From positions 1-54,826 of the forward strand of contig JAJFLJ010000092.1 of the NCBI GenBank assembly GCA_021772755.1: a stretch of DNA of 54,826 nucleotides, given 5' to 3'. This document shows, in pieces, positions 40,980-51,962 of the stretch. Position numbers and translations under genes: made by a program. Position 1 is the stretch's first letter, and every line of letters starts with the position of its first letter. Source of the stretch: Candidatus Sumerlaeota bacterium. Lineage in GTDB: Bacteria; Sumerlaeota; Sumerlaeia; SLMS01; JAHLLQ01. The notes below the pieces were generated by a model. It was given only the letters and a program-made list of their open reading frames with translations. It ran no database searches and had not been told where the DNA came from.

Positions 40980-43018
40980 TGGACGGGTCCTTTCTCGGGT
41001 TCCCAGAGTGGTTCCATCTCGAGCCAGGCGTCCTGGACGCCGCGGCGAATCTTCACGATCACGTAGTCGGGGCGTTCGTCGCGAACGGCCTTCATCGCGT
41101 CTTCGACGTCGGCGACGCTCTCGATAGTAGTTCCATGGACTTCCAGGATCACGTCGCCAACCCGAAGGTCGCCGAGAGCCGCCCAGCCGCCTTCGGTGAC
41201 GGAATCGGCGACGACCTCGACGTTCGCGCCCTCGAGCTTCGGATTCTGGCGGTCCTGCCAGGTGGCTTTGCGGACGACGAACTCGAACTGGAGGTCGCGC
41301 CAGCGCTTCATCTCGCGCGCCTCGGCCGGCGAGGCGAGAAGCTCCGTTTCGACGGTCAGCGTCGCGTCGTCGCGGACGACCGTGAATTCCGCGGAGGCGC
41401 CGACGCGATACTGGCGGACGAGCTGGCGGAACATTTCGGAGTCGTGGGGCTGGCTGGCGGGAATCTGCTCGCCGTCGATGTGGGTGACGATGTCGCCGGC
41501 CTCGAAGGGAAAACCCTCGGGGCTGTCCTTGTAGACGCGCGTCACGCGAACGCCCTTCATGCCTTCGTGGCCGAGATGGCTGGCAAGGTCGCCGGTCAGC
41601 ACCTGCGTTTCCATGGGAAGCCAGCCCTTGCCGACCTCCAGGTCCGGATCGTTGAGCTTCTCGATGCCGACCTCGACGACGGTGAGGAGCGATTCCTCGC
41701 GCCGCTCGAAGGCGACGAGCACCGGAACGGAATCGCCTTCCTCTTCCGGCTTCACGGCTTTCGTCGCCGCGACCAGGTCTCCGACGGAATTCACGGGCGT
41801 GTCGCCGATCCTCACGATCACGTCGTCGCGCTCGATAGCGGGCTTGGCCTTGGCGGCGGGACCGCCGGGACGGGTGCTGGTGACAAGCACGCCGCCCTTG
41901 TCGTCGCGCGCCAGGCTCAGCTGGGTCAGGGTCGAAAGGTTGCGCGCCGTCATTCCCCAGACGCGAAGTTCCTGCTCCGGAAGACTCGCCGGTTCGCGCC
42001 GGGCGGGCACCAGGGTCGCCGAGTGCGTTTCGCCGCCGCGCATGTAGGCGACCGCCACATCGCTTCCGGCGGGAAGATCGGCGAGCGTGTTGTTCACGAG
42101 AGGAAGGTCCTCGAAGAAGCGCGCGTCGAGGGCCGTGCCGCCGACGCTCAGCAGAAGGTCGCCGGAACGAAGACCGGCCGTTTCCGCCGGCGTGCCCTCG
42201 AGCACGCTGGAAACCAGGACGCCGGTCTCGTGGTCGGAATCGCGAAGGCGCGGCTGGAGAATCAGCCCCGTCCATGCGCGGCTCACCTCTCCGTTCTCGA
42301 TCAGGCTTTCGGCGACCTTGCGGGCGAGATTGCCGGGAATGGCGCCGGCGAGACCGAAGCTGATTTCGTTCACGCCGACGATCTCGCCGCGCATGTTGAC
42401 CAGCGGACCGCCGGAATTGCCCGGATGGATCTCCGCGTCGTGGGCGATCCAGCGGACCAGTTCGCCGACGTTCTCGCCATCGAGTTCGAACGTGAGACCC
42501 CGATAGAGCGAGGGCATGACCATCGCCGTGTTGCTGACGATGCCCCTGGTCACGGACTGGGAAATGCCGCGGGGGCTGCCGAGAGCGAGCACGGAATCGC
42601 CGGCGCGGATTTCGTCGGAGTCGCCGAAGGAAACCGCCGGGTAGACTGTCGGCTCGTCGGGCATGAGCTGGATCACCGCGATGTCCGTGGCGGGATCGGT
42701 GCCGACGAGTCTCGCCGGCACTTCCTCGCGGTTGGGCAGGGTCACGGAGAGCCGGACCGGTTTGCCGGCGACGTGGTGGTTGGTGACGATGTGGCCCTCG
42801 GGGGTGATGATGGCCCCGCTGCCAGAGGCGACGAACTTCACTTCGCGCCCCTGGTAGTAGTCGGGTTCGACGACATGGATGCGGACGAGGGACGGGGCGA
42901 CCTGCGCCACGGCGTACTCGGTCTGCTCCTGGAGCGCCTCGCGGCCCGATCCGGTGGTGGCGCAGGATGCGAGCAGGACGGCGGCTAGCGCCAGGAGAAC
43001 GGCTGTCGGACTTCTCAT
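40976..43018 (-). CDS. HtrA/DegP-family serine protease lipoprotein with four PDZ-like domains
   Basis: In-frame ATG at 43018. Lipobox LLASC. The triad context is VTNHHV, TDIAVIQL and HPGNSGGPLV. Four successive segments show the PDZ pattern (GVLVSSVLEGTPAETAGLRSGDLLL; GVLVTSTRPGGPAAKA..IERDDVIV; GVRVTRVYKDSPEG.PFEAGDIVT; VTEGGWAALGDLRVGDVIL). Confidence 0.85.
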   Translation of the reverse strand: MRSPTAVLLALAAVLLASCATTGSGREALQEQTEYAVAQVAPSLVRIHVVEPDYYQGREVKFVASGSGAIITPEGHIVTNHHVAGKPVRLSVTLPNREEVPARLVGTDPATDIAVIQLMPDEPTVYPAVSFGDSDEIRAGDSVLALGSPRGISQSVTRGIVSNTAMVMPSLYRGLTFELDGENVGELVRWIAHDAEIHPGNSGGPLVNMRGEIVGVNEISFGLAGAIPGNLARKVAESLIENGEVSRAWTGLILQPRLRDSDHETGVLVSSVLEGTPAETAGLRSGDLLLSVGGTALDARFFEDLPLVNNTLADLPAGSDVAVAYMRGGETHSATLVPARREPASLPEQELRVWGMTARNLSTLTQLSLARDDKGGVLVTSTRPGGPAAKAKPAIERDDVIVRIGDTPVNSVGDLVAATKAVKPEEEGDSVPVLVAFERREESLLTVVEVGIEKLNDPDLEVGKGWLPMETQVLTGDLASHLGHEGMKGVRVTRVYKDSPEGFPFEAGDIVTHIDGEQIPASQPHDSEMFRQLVRQYRVGASAEFTVVRDDATLTVETELLASPAEAREMKRWRDLQFEFVVRKATWQDRQNPKLEGANVEVVADSVTEGGWAALGDLRVGDVILEVHGTTIESVADVEDAMKAVRDERPDYVIVKIRRGVQDAWLEMEPLWEPEKGPVH

Positions 43019-43086
43019 TCGGAACCTCGCGGGGCGAATAGTGGACCACTTCCCGCCTGCGGGCGTTTGCAGGGCAAGCAGGGGAT

Positions 43087-45342
43087 TCAGTTCTTTTCGA
43101 TCAGTTCGACGAATCGCGCGACGTCCCGCACGGGGAGCTCGCACGCGTAGTTCCGGCAGACGTACGCGGTGGACTCTCCGCCGACGGGTGGCTGAGAGGC
43201 CACGAACCCGGCGATGCCGGCGATGCCGGATGCGTCGCCGGCAGGTCGGTGAAGAAGAACCGATCGCGGGAGGAAGCGGCTTCTCGCCGCGTCGGCCATC
43301 TCCGCGAGGACCGGATCGCCGGAGTCGCCGGCCAGGACGATCTCGCGCCCGGGCCCCAGCAGAAAGTCCAGGGCGATCAGCATCTGGCAGTTCCCCTGGG
43401 GGCTGCGCCCGATGGACTGGCCGAAGGCCTCCATCGTCTTCCAGGCGAGTTCCTCGTACCTGGCGTCGCCCGTGATGCGCGCGATTCGGGCGAGATTGCA
43501 GGCGGCGACGGAATTGCCCGAGGGAACCGCGCCGTCGTAGGCGTCCTTGCTGCGCACGAGCAGTTCCTCGCTGTCGTCGGCCGTGAGGAAGAACCCGCCG
43601 GTCTCCCCGTCGTGGAAGTGCTCGATCATCGCATCGTTCAGGCGGAGCGCCTCCTTCAGCCAGCGGACGTCGAACGTCGCCTCGTAGAGGTCGAGCAGAC
43701 CCCACACCGTGAATGCATAGTCCTCCAGGTGCGCCGGGAGACCGGCTTCGCCCTGGCGCCAGCGCTTGACGAGGCGTCCGTCCTCCGCGGATAGCTCGCG
43801 GAGCACGAAGTCGGCCGCCCTTTCCGCCGCAGCCGTGTAGCGTTCCTCGCCGAGAGCGCCTCCGGCCTTTGCCAGGGCGGCGATGAAGAGCCCGTTCCAG
43901 TCCGTCAGAATCTTGTCGTCCTTGTACGGGTGCACGCGGCGCTCGCGGTGATCGAAGAGTTTCGCCCGCGCGGCTTCGATGCGCGGAAGCGTTTCCTCCG
44001 GGTTCATGTTCAACTGTTCGATGACGTCGCGAAGCGGACGACGCAGGTGGGGGATGTTGTCGCCGGTGCGGTGCCCGGCGGCTTCCTCCTCGTAGTTGCC
44101 GTCCTTCTCGAAGTTGTAGAGCTTGGCGAAGAGCGCGCCGTCCTCCTCGCCGAGCACCTGCTTCAGCTCGTCGAGGGGCCAGACGTAGAACTTCCCCTCC
44201 ACCCCCTCGCTGTCGGCGTCCTCCGCGCAGTAGAACCCGCCCTCCGGCGAGGTCATGTCGCGCAGAACGTACTCCGCGATCTCTTCGGCGGTGCGGCGGA
44301 ACTCCTCGTCGCCGGTGACCTGCCAGGCTTCGGTGTAGGCGGCGAGCAGCATCGCCTGGTCGTAGAGCATCTTCTCGAAATGCGGAAGGAGCCACTGCCG
44401 GTCCGTCGAGTAGCGGTGAAAGCCGAATCCGACGTGGTCGAAGATACCGCCCAGGCGCATTTCGCGCAGCGTCTTGCGCACGATCTTCAGGGCCTCTTCG
44501 TCGCCCGTCCGGTCGTGATGGCGCAGCAGGAAGGAGAGATTGTGGGGCGTGGGGAACTTGTTCCGCCCCCCGTCGAAGCCTCCGTGAACGGAGTCGAAGT
44601 GGTCGCGGAAGAATTCGAACGCCTCCCTGGAGGCGTCGGCGCCGGGGCGGTCGCCCGGGGACCCCTGGCCGAGAGGACGGATCATCCCGGTGATCTGGTC
44701 GGCGGAGGTCATGACCTCCTCACGGCGCTGCTTCCACGCCTCGGAAAGCGCCGGGACGAGTTCCATCATGCCGGGCCGCCCGTACGCGCCTTCGCGGGGA
44801 AAGTACGTTCCGGCGAAGAAAGGCTTCTTCTCCGGCGTCATGACGACCGTCATGGGCCAGCCGCCCTGTCCCGTCATCGCCTGGGTGACGGTCATGTAGA
44901 CCTGGTCGATGTCGGGGCGTTCCTCGCGATCGACCTTGATGCAGACGAACGCGTCGTTCATCAGCGCGGCGACCTCTTCGACCTCGAAGGACTCGCGCTC
45001 CATGACGTGGCACCAGTGGCAGGTGGAGTAGCCGACGCTGAGAAAGACGGGAACGTCGCGGCGTTTCGCCTCTTCGAAGGCCTCGGGGCCCCACGGCCAC
45101 CAGTCCACGGGGTTGGCGGCGTGCTGGAGGAGATAGGGGCTTTGCGAGAAGACGAGCCGGTTCCAGTCTCCGCCGCCGTCGGGCGGCAGCCGCGCCAGTT
45201 CCTCCGCAGCGGGGATGGCCGGGCGTTCGTGGGGGACGGGATTGCGCATGAGAGATGGCTGGCCTGCGAGAAGGATGAGGACCGCGAGCAAGGCGGAGAG
45301 CGGCTCGCCGCGACGATCGGAGGAGAACCGACGATTCGTCAT
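43087..45342 (-). CDS. Thioredoxin-domain protein of the DUF255 / YyaL (SSP411-like) family with an N-terminal signal anchor
   Basis: In-frame ATG at 45342. [44 protein letters not shown] is followed by a long alpha/alpha-toroid-like region. Confidence 0.85.
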   Translation of the reverse strand: MTNRRFSSDRRGEPLSALLAVLILLAGQPSLMRNPVPHERPAIPAAEELARLPPDGGGDWNRLVFSQSPYLLQHAANPVDWWPWGPEAFEEAKRRDVPVFLSVGYSTCHWCHVMERESFEVEEVAALMNDAFVCIKVDREERPDIDQVYMTVTQAMTGQGGWPMTVVMTPEKKPFFAGTYFPREGAYGRPGMMELVPALSEAWKQRREEVMTSADQITGMIRPLGQGSPGDRPGADASREAFEFFRDHFDSVHGGFDGGRNKFPTPHNLSFLLRHHDRTGDEEALKIVRKTLREMRLGGIFDHVGFGFHRYSTDRQWLLPHFEKMLYDQAMLLAAYTEAWQVTGDEEFRRTAEEIAEYVLRDMTSPEGGFYCAEDADSEGVEGKFYVWPLDELKQVLGEEDGALFAKLYNFEKDGNYEEEAAGHRTGDNIPHLRRPLRDVIEQLNMNPEETLPRIEAARAKLFDHRERRVHPYKDDKILTDWNGLFIAALAKAGGALGEERYTAAAERAADFVLRELSAEDGRLVKRWRQGEAGLPAHLEDYAFTVWGLLDLYEATFDVRWLKEALRLNDAMIEHFHDGETGGFFLTADDSEELLVRSKDAYDGAVPSGNSVAACNLARIARITGDARYEELAWKTMEAFGQSIGRSPQGNCQMLIALDFLLGPGREIVLAGDSGDPVLAEMADAARSRFLPRSVLLHRPAGDASGIAGIAGFVASQPPVGGESTAYVCRNYACELPVRDVARFVELIEKN

Positions 45343-45491
45343 GCAATCCCGGGGAGCAAGGCACTTGCCAGGCAGGGGCTTCGGCGGCCGCGGGGACGAA
45401 AGGCTTGACGCGTCGGCCAGCAATCCGCCGATTCGACTGCCGCCGCGGCGGAACCATCCCGACGACCCGACAAACCAGGAGGCCTCCACGA

Positions 45492-47414
45492 TTGGCGATT
45501 GTCCAGGCGCTCAAGAAGATCGAGAAGTGGTCCGTGCAGGACGCGGCCGACCTCTATAATATCCGGAACTGGGGGAAGCGGTTCTTCGACGTGAACGACG
45601 CCGGAAACGTCGTCGTGGTGCCCAACCGGACTCCCGGCGAGGAGATCGATCTCAAGGAGCTGGTGGACAGTCTTCAGGACCGCGGTCTCGGCCTTCCGCT
45701 GCTGATCCGCTTCTCGGAGATCCTGAAGACCCGCATCGCGGAGATCAACGACTGCTTCGCCGGCGCCATCAGCGAGTACTCCTACAAGGGCCAGTACCGC
45801 TGCATCTATCCCATCAAGGTCAACCAGCAGCGGCACCTGGTGGAGGAATACAAGCGGTTCGGCGCGGAGTTCGGCTTCGGCATGGAGGCCGGCTCGAAGC
45901 CGGAGCTTCTGGCGGTGATCGCCCTGACGGAAAACGGCGACACGCCGATCGTCTGCAACGGATTCAAGGACGACGAGTTCATCGAGCTGGTGGTTCTGGC
46001 GTCGAAGATGGGCAAGAACATCACGCCCATCGTGGAGAAGTTCACCGAGCTCCAGCTGATCGTCAAGCACGCCCGCATCCACGGCGCGAGGCCGAAGATC
46101 GGCGTGCGCGTCAAGCTGGCGGCGAAGGGAAGCGGCCGGTGGGAGCAGTCCGCCGGCGTGCGCTCGAAGTTCGGCCTGACGCTGCCGGAGGTCCTTCAGG
46201 CCATCGAATATCTCAAGGAAAACGAGATGCTCGACTGCCTCCAGCTGCTGCACTTCCACATGGGAAGCCAGATCACGAACATCCGCCACGTCAAGTCGGC
46301 GGTGAACGAGGCCGCGCGCATCTACGTGGAGATGCACCGTCTCGGCGCCAACATGAACTACCTCGACGTCGGAGGCGGGCTCGGAATCGACTACGACGGG
46401 TCGCAGACGAACTACGAGTCGTCGATGAACTACACGCTTCAGGAGTACGCCAGCGACATCGTCTTCCGCATCATGTCGGTGTGCGACGAGGCGGAGGTCC
46501 CCCACCCGACGATCCTCTCGGAGTCGGGCCGCGCGCTGGTGTCCTTCAACAGCGTACTGGTCTTCAACGTCCTGGGGGTCTCGCGGCTGGACAAGTTCAG
46601 ACTCCCCGAAAAGCTCGGCGAGGACGTGCCCGAACCGCTGCACGAGCTCCAGTACATCCACGAGAAGATCGGCCAGAAGAACTTCATCGAGTCCTACCAC
46701 GACGCGGTGCAGGCGCGCGAGGGCTGCGCGAACCTCTTCAGCATGGGCTTCCTCAATCTCGACCTGCGTGCGCACGCGGAGTCCTACTTCTGGCACATCT
46801 GCCACAAGGTCCAGCGCATCGCCTCGACGCTGAGCTACGTGCCCGACGAGCTGGAGGGCCTGCAGGAACTCCTCTCGGACATCTATTTCTGCAACTTCTC
46901 GCTCTTCCAGTCCATGCCCGACTCCTGGGCCATCCGCCAGCTCTTTCCCGTGATGCCGATCCACCGCCTGGACGAGGAACCGGTGCGCCGCGGCGTCCTG
47001 GCGGACATCACCTGCGATTCCGACGGAAAGATCGACCAGTTCGTGGATCTGCGGGACGTGAAGCACACGCTGGAGCTGCACGAGTTCGATCCGGAGCGGC
47101 CGTACTATCTCGGCGTCTTCCTGATCGGCGCGTACCAGGAAATCCTGGGCGACCTGCACAACCTGCTGGGCGACACCCACGTCGTCCACGTCTCGATCGA
47201 CGACAAGGGGCGCCCCGTGATCGAGGACGTGATCAAGGGCGACACCGTCAAGGAGGTGCTGGAATTCGTCCAGTACGATCCCAACGGCCTGGTGTACAAC
47301 ATGCGCAAGGGCGTGGAGAGCGCGCTGAGGGACGGACGCATCACGATTCAGGAGTCCGCCCAGATCATGGACTACTACGAGAGCGGCCTGAACGGGTACA
47401 CGTACCTGGAATAG
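45492..47414 (+). CDS. speA: Biosynthetic arginine decarboxylase
   Basis: TTG at 45492 lies 9 nt after [50 protein letters not shown] (PLP Lys), HFHMGSQI and [13 protein letters not shown]. Confidence 0.9.
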   Translation: MAIVQALKKIEKWSVQDAADLYNIRNWGKRFFDVNDAGNVVVVPNRTPGEEIDLKELVDSLQDRGLGLPLLIRFSEILKTRIAEINDCFAGAISEYSYKGQYRCIYPIKVNQQRHLVEEYKRFGAEFGFGMEAGSKPELLAVIALTENGDTPIVCNGFKDDEFIELVVLASKMGKNITPIVEKFTELQLIVKHARIHGARPKIGVRVKLAAKGSGRWEQSAGVRSKFGLTLPEVLQAIEYLKENEMLDCLQLLHFHMGSQITNIRHVKSAVNEAARIYVEMHRLGANMNYLDVGGGLGIDYDGSQTNYESSMNYTLQEYASDIVFRIMSVCDEAEVPHPTILSESGRALVSFNSVLVFNVLGVSRLDKFRLPEKLGEDVPEPLHELQYIHEKIGQKNFIESYHDAVQAREGCANLFSMGFLNLDLRAHAESYFWHICHKVQRIASTLSYVPDELEGLQELLSDIYFCNFSLFQSMPDSWAIRQLFPVMPIHRLDEEPVRRGVLADITCDSDGKIDQFVDLRDVKHTLELHEFDPERPYYLGVFLIGAYQEILGDLHNLLGDTHVVHVSIDDKGRPVIEDVIKGDTVKEVLEFVQYDPNGLVYNMRKGVESALRDGRITIQESAQIMDYYESGLNGYTYLE

Positions 47415-47475
47415 GGACGCCGCCCCGCCCTCTTTGCGTTGACCTCCCCCGGCCCGACCGGTGACTTGCCGAATC

Positions 47476-49188
47476 ATGCGACAAATCACCTGCTTGTTCA
47501 CCGCGCTCCTCTGCGCCATGGCGATCCTGACGGGCTGCTCACCGGGCGGCGAGCCGGAGCGCCTTCCCCCGGCGTTCGAAATCACGAAGGTGCGGGGCGG
47601 CATCGGCTCGACGGCGTCGGCATCCGTCAAGGTGGGGGCGCTGGACCCCGGCGACGCGGAGACCGTCCGCATCGGGTGGACAGCCGACTTCCGCGCCGAG
47701 AATCTCCAGAGCGTCGCCATCCGCCGCGGGCCCGGAGTCGGGGCCACGGCGGAGGTTTCCGCCGAGCGCGGCGGCGACAGCTCGTGGACGTTCTCCGTCG
47801 AGTCCGCCGCGTCGGACTTCGAGTCCGGCGGAACGATCGCGTACATCGACGTCGAGGCGCCGTCGCGAATCGTCACCCTGAAGCAGATTCTCCTGGAGGA
47901 CTTCTCGGCGACCGCCGACGGCGCGGCGCTGGTCGTGTCGCCCGTGGCCGAGACGCTGGCGTTCTCCCTAGTGACGGATCCCGTACTGCTCTTTTCGCTT
48001 CTCGCGACCGTCGTGGCGGGCGTCTACTGGTGCTCGCAGCGCAAGGCGCTCGCGAAGTTCTTCGACCTCTTCCCGCCGCTCATCTGGATGTACTTCGTTC
48101 CGATGGTGCTGACGACGGCGGGCCTGATCCCCGACTCGTCGCCGGTGTACTCCCCGTTCATGTCGCGGGTGATGCTGCCGGCGATTCTCGTCCTGCTGCT
48201 GATTCCGGCCGACATCCGGTCGATCGTGCAGCTGGGACCGAAGGCCATCCTCGTGATGCTGATCGCGACGCTGGGAATCACCGTCGGCGCGATCACGAGC
48301 TTCGGCATCTTCAACGCGACGATGCCCGACGCCCTGCCCCCCGAGACGTGGAAGGGCGTGGCCGCCATCGCCGGTTCGTGGATCGGCGGCTCTCCGAACA
48401 TGACGGCGGTGATCGAGTCCGTCGGAACGCCGCCGAGCCTGATCGGGCCGCTGGTCATCGTGGACACGGTGCTCGCGTACTCGTGGCTCGGGCTGCTGAT
48501 CGCGATGAGCTCCTGGCAGCGGAAGATCGACACGTGGAACAAGGCGGACGCGCGGGTCATCGACGACATCAGCGCGCGCCTGAAGGCGGAGCAGGACTCG
48601 AAGGCCCGCGCGCCGATCACCGCGGACATCGCGTTCATGGTGGCCGTCGCGTTCCTCGTCAGCCAGGTCTGCCTCGCCATCGGGAAGCCGGTCGACCATC
48701 TGGTGGCGAACGTCTGGAAGATCGACTTTCTCTCGGAGGTCTTCAGCGCGTACGGCTGGGGCATTCTGCTGATCACCGCGGCGGGCCTGCTCCTGAGCAT
48801 GACGAAGGTCCGCGAGCTGGAGTTCTGCGGGGCGTCCTCCATCGGCTACACCGGCCTCTATCTTCTCCTGACGACATACGGCGCGCAGGCGAACCTCGTG
48901 GCGATTCTGGAGGTGCCGGTGTTCTTCGCTCTGGGCTTCGTGTGGCTGGCGATCCACATCGGGATTCTCTTCCTGGGCGTGAAGCTGACGCGCGCGCCGC
49001 TTTTCCTGGGGGCGACCAGCTCCATGGCCAATATCGGCGGCACGGCATCGGCCCCGGTGGTCGCTGCGGCCTATAACCCGTCGATGGCTCCGGTGGGACT
49101 TCTGATGGCGATTCTGGGCGGGGTTCTCGGCACGCCGATCGCGCTGATGGTTATCGCCACGGCCTGCAAGGCCCTCGCCGGAGAGTAG
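47476..49188 (+). CDS. DUF819-family integral membrane protein with an N-terminal ~150-aa lipoprotein domain
   Basis: ATG at 47476. Lipobox AILTGC. Membrane core with IAGSWIGGSPNMTAV and ATSSMANIGGTASAPVVAAAY, both typical of DUF819. Confidence 0.7.
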   Translation: MRQITCLFTALLCAMAILTGCSPGGEPERLPPAFEITKVRGGIGSTASASVKVGALDPGDAETVRIGWTADFRAENLQSVAIRRGPGVGATAEVSAERGGDSSWTFSVESAASDFESGGTIAYIDVEAPSRIVTLKQILLEDFSATADGAALVVSPVAETLAFSLVTDPVLLFSLLATVVAGVYWCSQRKALAKFFDLFPPLIWMYFVPMVLTTAGLIPDSSPVYSPFMSRVMLPAILVLLLIPADIRSIVQLGPKAILVMLIATLGITVGAITSFGIFNATMPDALPPETWKGVAAIAGSWIGGSPNMTAVIESVGTPPSLIGPLVIVDTVLAYSWLGLLIAMSSWQRKIDTWNKADARVIDDISARLKAEQDSKARAPITADIAFMVAVAFLVSQVCLAIGKPVDHLVANVWKIDFLSEVFSAYGWGILLITAAGLLLSMTKVRELEFCGASSIGYTGLYLLLTTYGAQANLVAILEVPVFFALGFVWLAIHIGILFLGVKLTRAPLFLGATSSMANIGGTASAPVVAAAYNPSMAPVGLLMAILGGVLGTPIALMVIATACKALAGE

Positions 49189-49323
49189 AGCGTCCGACGC
49201 GAACAGGCCCACATCTTGCCATTTCGAGCGGTTCGGCGGGAAACCGGACCGTATCTGGCTTATCCAGCTATTTGCAGGCTCGCCTGCCACACTGCGTCTG
49301 AACCTCCGGAATTGGAGCACTTG

Positions 49324-50183
49324 ATGACCACCGAAGCCATCCCCCCCCGGTCGAACCGCGCCACCGCCGCGCTGCCCGACATCCAGAAGACCAAGGACGA
49401 GCGCGGCATCGCCATCGACCAGGTCGGCGTGTCCAACATCCGCTACCCCGTGAAGTTCCCCCTGCGGGACGGGGGCATGATCGACACGATCGCGACGCTC
49501 TCCATGCGGGTCAGTCTGCCCCACTCCGAGAAGGGCACGCACATGTCGCGCTTCATGATCGCGCTTCAGGAGAAGGTGCAGGTGCTCTCCCCCGCCAGCG
49601 TCCAGGAGGTTCTGGCGCACATGCTGGAGCTGCTGAACGCGGAGAGCGCGTACTTCGACATGACGTTCCCGCTGTTCCTCCAGCGCCCCGCGCCGGTCAC
49701 CGGACTTCCGGGGCTGATGGACTACGACTGCGGGTTTCGCGGCGCGATGACGCGCGACGGCGTGTACGACCGCATCGTGGAGGTGCGGGTCAACGCGGCG
49801 AGTCTCTGCCCGTGCAGCCGCGAGATCAGCGAGTACGGCGCCCACAACCAGCGCTCGCGAATCACCATCAAGGTCCGCGAGACGGAACAGATCGTCTGGT
49901 TCGAGGACCTGATCGAAACCGCCGAACGCAACGCGAGCTGCCAGCTCTATCCCATTCTCAAGCGCCCCGACGAGAAACACGTCACGGAACGCGCGTACGA
50001 GAACCCGAAGTTCGTCGAGGACATCGTGCGCGATGTCGCACTGGACATGAACAAGCACCTGGAGTCGGGAACGATCGAGTGGTTCTTCGTCTCCTCCAAC
50101 AACTACGAGAGCATCCACAACCACGACGCCTACGCGCAGATCGAGCGCGGCGACCGGGGCGCGCTGCACTCCGGAATGTCCCA

Positions 50184-50187
<4 letters not shown>
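49324..50187 (+). CDS. folE2: GTP cyclohydrolase FolE2 (type IB)
   Basis: ATG at 49324 lies 7 nt after GGAG. LPDIQKTKDERGIAIDQVGV, HSEKGTHMSRF, SLCPCSREISEYGAHNQRS and ESIHNHDAYA. Confidence 0.85.
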
Positions 50188-51182
<995 letters not shown>

Positions 51183-51191
51183 CCGTTCGGG

Positions 51192-51860
51192 TCAGACTTC
51201 GCCGCCCTCGCTCTTGACCTGGGTGCGGTAGATGTCGCCTTCGCTGATGGTTCCGTTGGTCGCGTCGTAGGCGTTGAAACCGCCGTCGTAGGTCTGGATC
51301 GGCCCGAGCGATCCCATCTTCCATCCGCCGTAGAACGAACCCCAGTCGGTGCCGTTGCCCCAGCCGCCGCCCTGCTTGATGGCCGCATAGTTGGACGCGG
51401 CCGGCGCGACCAGGTACTCCCGCACGACCTGTCCCGTCGCGGCGGCCAGCGAGAGACGGACGTTCTGGTACCAAAGGGTGCGATAGTACTCCTTCGCGAC
51501 CGCGGGAGCGGAGGCGATGCCCTCCTGGCCCTGCTGCACGAAGGGATCGGGTGGGCGTGCCGTCGTGATGTACGCGACCGGCGTGGAAAGACGGTTCGGG
51601 AAGTAGCTGTCCGCCGTGACAAACTCGCCGAGGCCGTTCGTTCGCCGTGCCAGCGGCACGTCGCCGGGGTACTTGTTGTAGTCAACGGCGTAGGACTCGA
51701 CGGCGGTCGCCATCGTGCGAAGGTCCGCACGCACGCGGCTGACCTTCGAGCGCACCTGCGCCTCCAGGAAGTTGGGAACCGCGATGGCGGCGAGAATGGC
51801 GATGATCGCCACAACGATCAGCAGTTCGATGAGTGTGAAGCCGCGCGTGTTCCTGGTCAT
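51192..51860 (-). CDS. Prepilin-type N-terminal cleavage/methylation domain protein (GspG/pseudopilin-like)
   Basis: MTRNTRGFTLIELLIVVAIIAILAAIAVPNFLEAQVRSKVSRVRADLR is a class III signal with the G|F cleavage site and Glu+5. Confidence 0.85.
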   Translation of the reverse strand: MTRNTRGFTLIELLIVVAIIAILAAIAVPNFLEAQVRSKVSRVRADLRTMATAVESYAVDYNKYPGDVPLARRTNGLGEFVTADSYFPNRLSTPVAYITTARPPDPFVQQGQEGIASAPAVAKEYYRTLWYQNVRLSLAAATGQVVREYLVAPAASNYAAIKQGGGWGNGTDWGSFYGGWKMGSLGPIQTYDGGFNAYDATNGTISEGDIYRTQVKSEGGEV

Positions 51861-51962
51861 GGGGGAAGCCTTTGTCCGACGTTTGGAAATCGCGTCCGAA
51901 ATGGCGGGGACTCTTCCTGGTGGTGTACGCGACCGCCCCTGTCAAGGACTTACACAAGGCAT

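Noticed and set aside
40976-44395. N-terminal extensions that would make the HtrA gene 1139 aa and the pseudo-HtrA gene 949 aa (40200..43049)
   Set aside because: The extensions are Arg-rich read-through of the upstream genes in the wrong frame. The real starts are fixed by the lipobox/signal sequences, the 4-nt stop/start overlap, and the YyaL-family gene that occupies 43087..45342 in its own frame.
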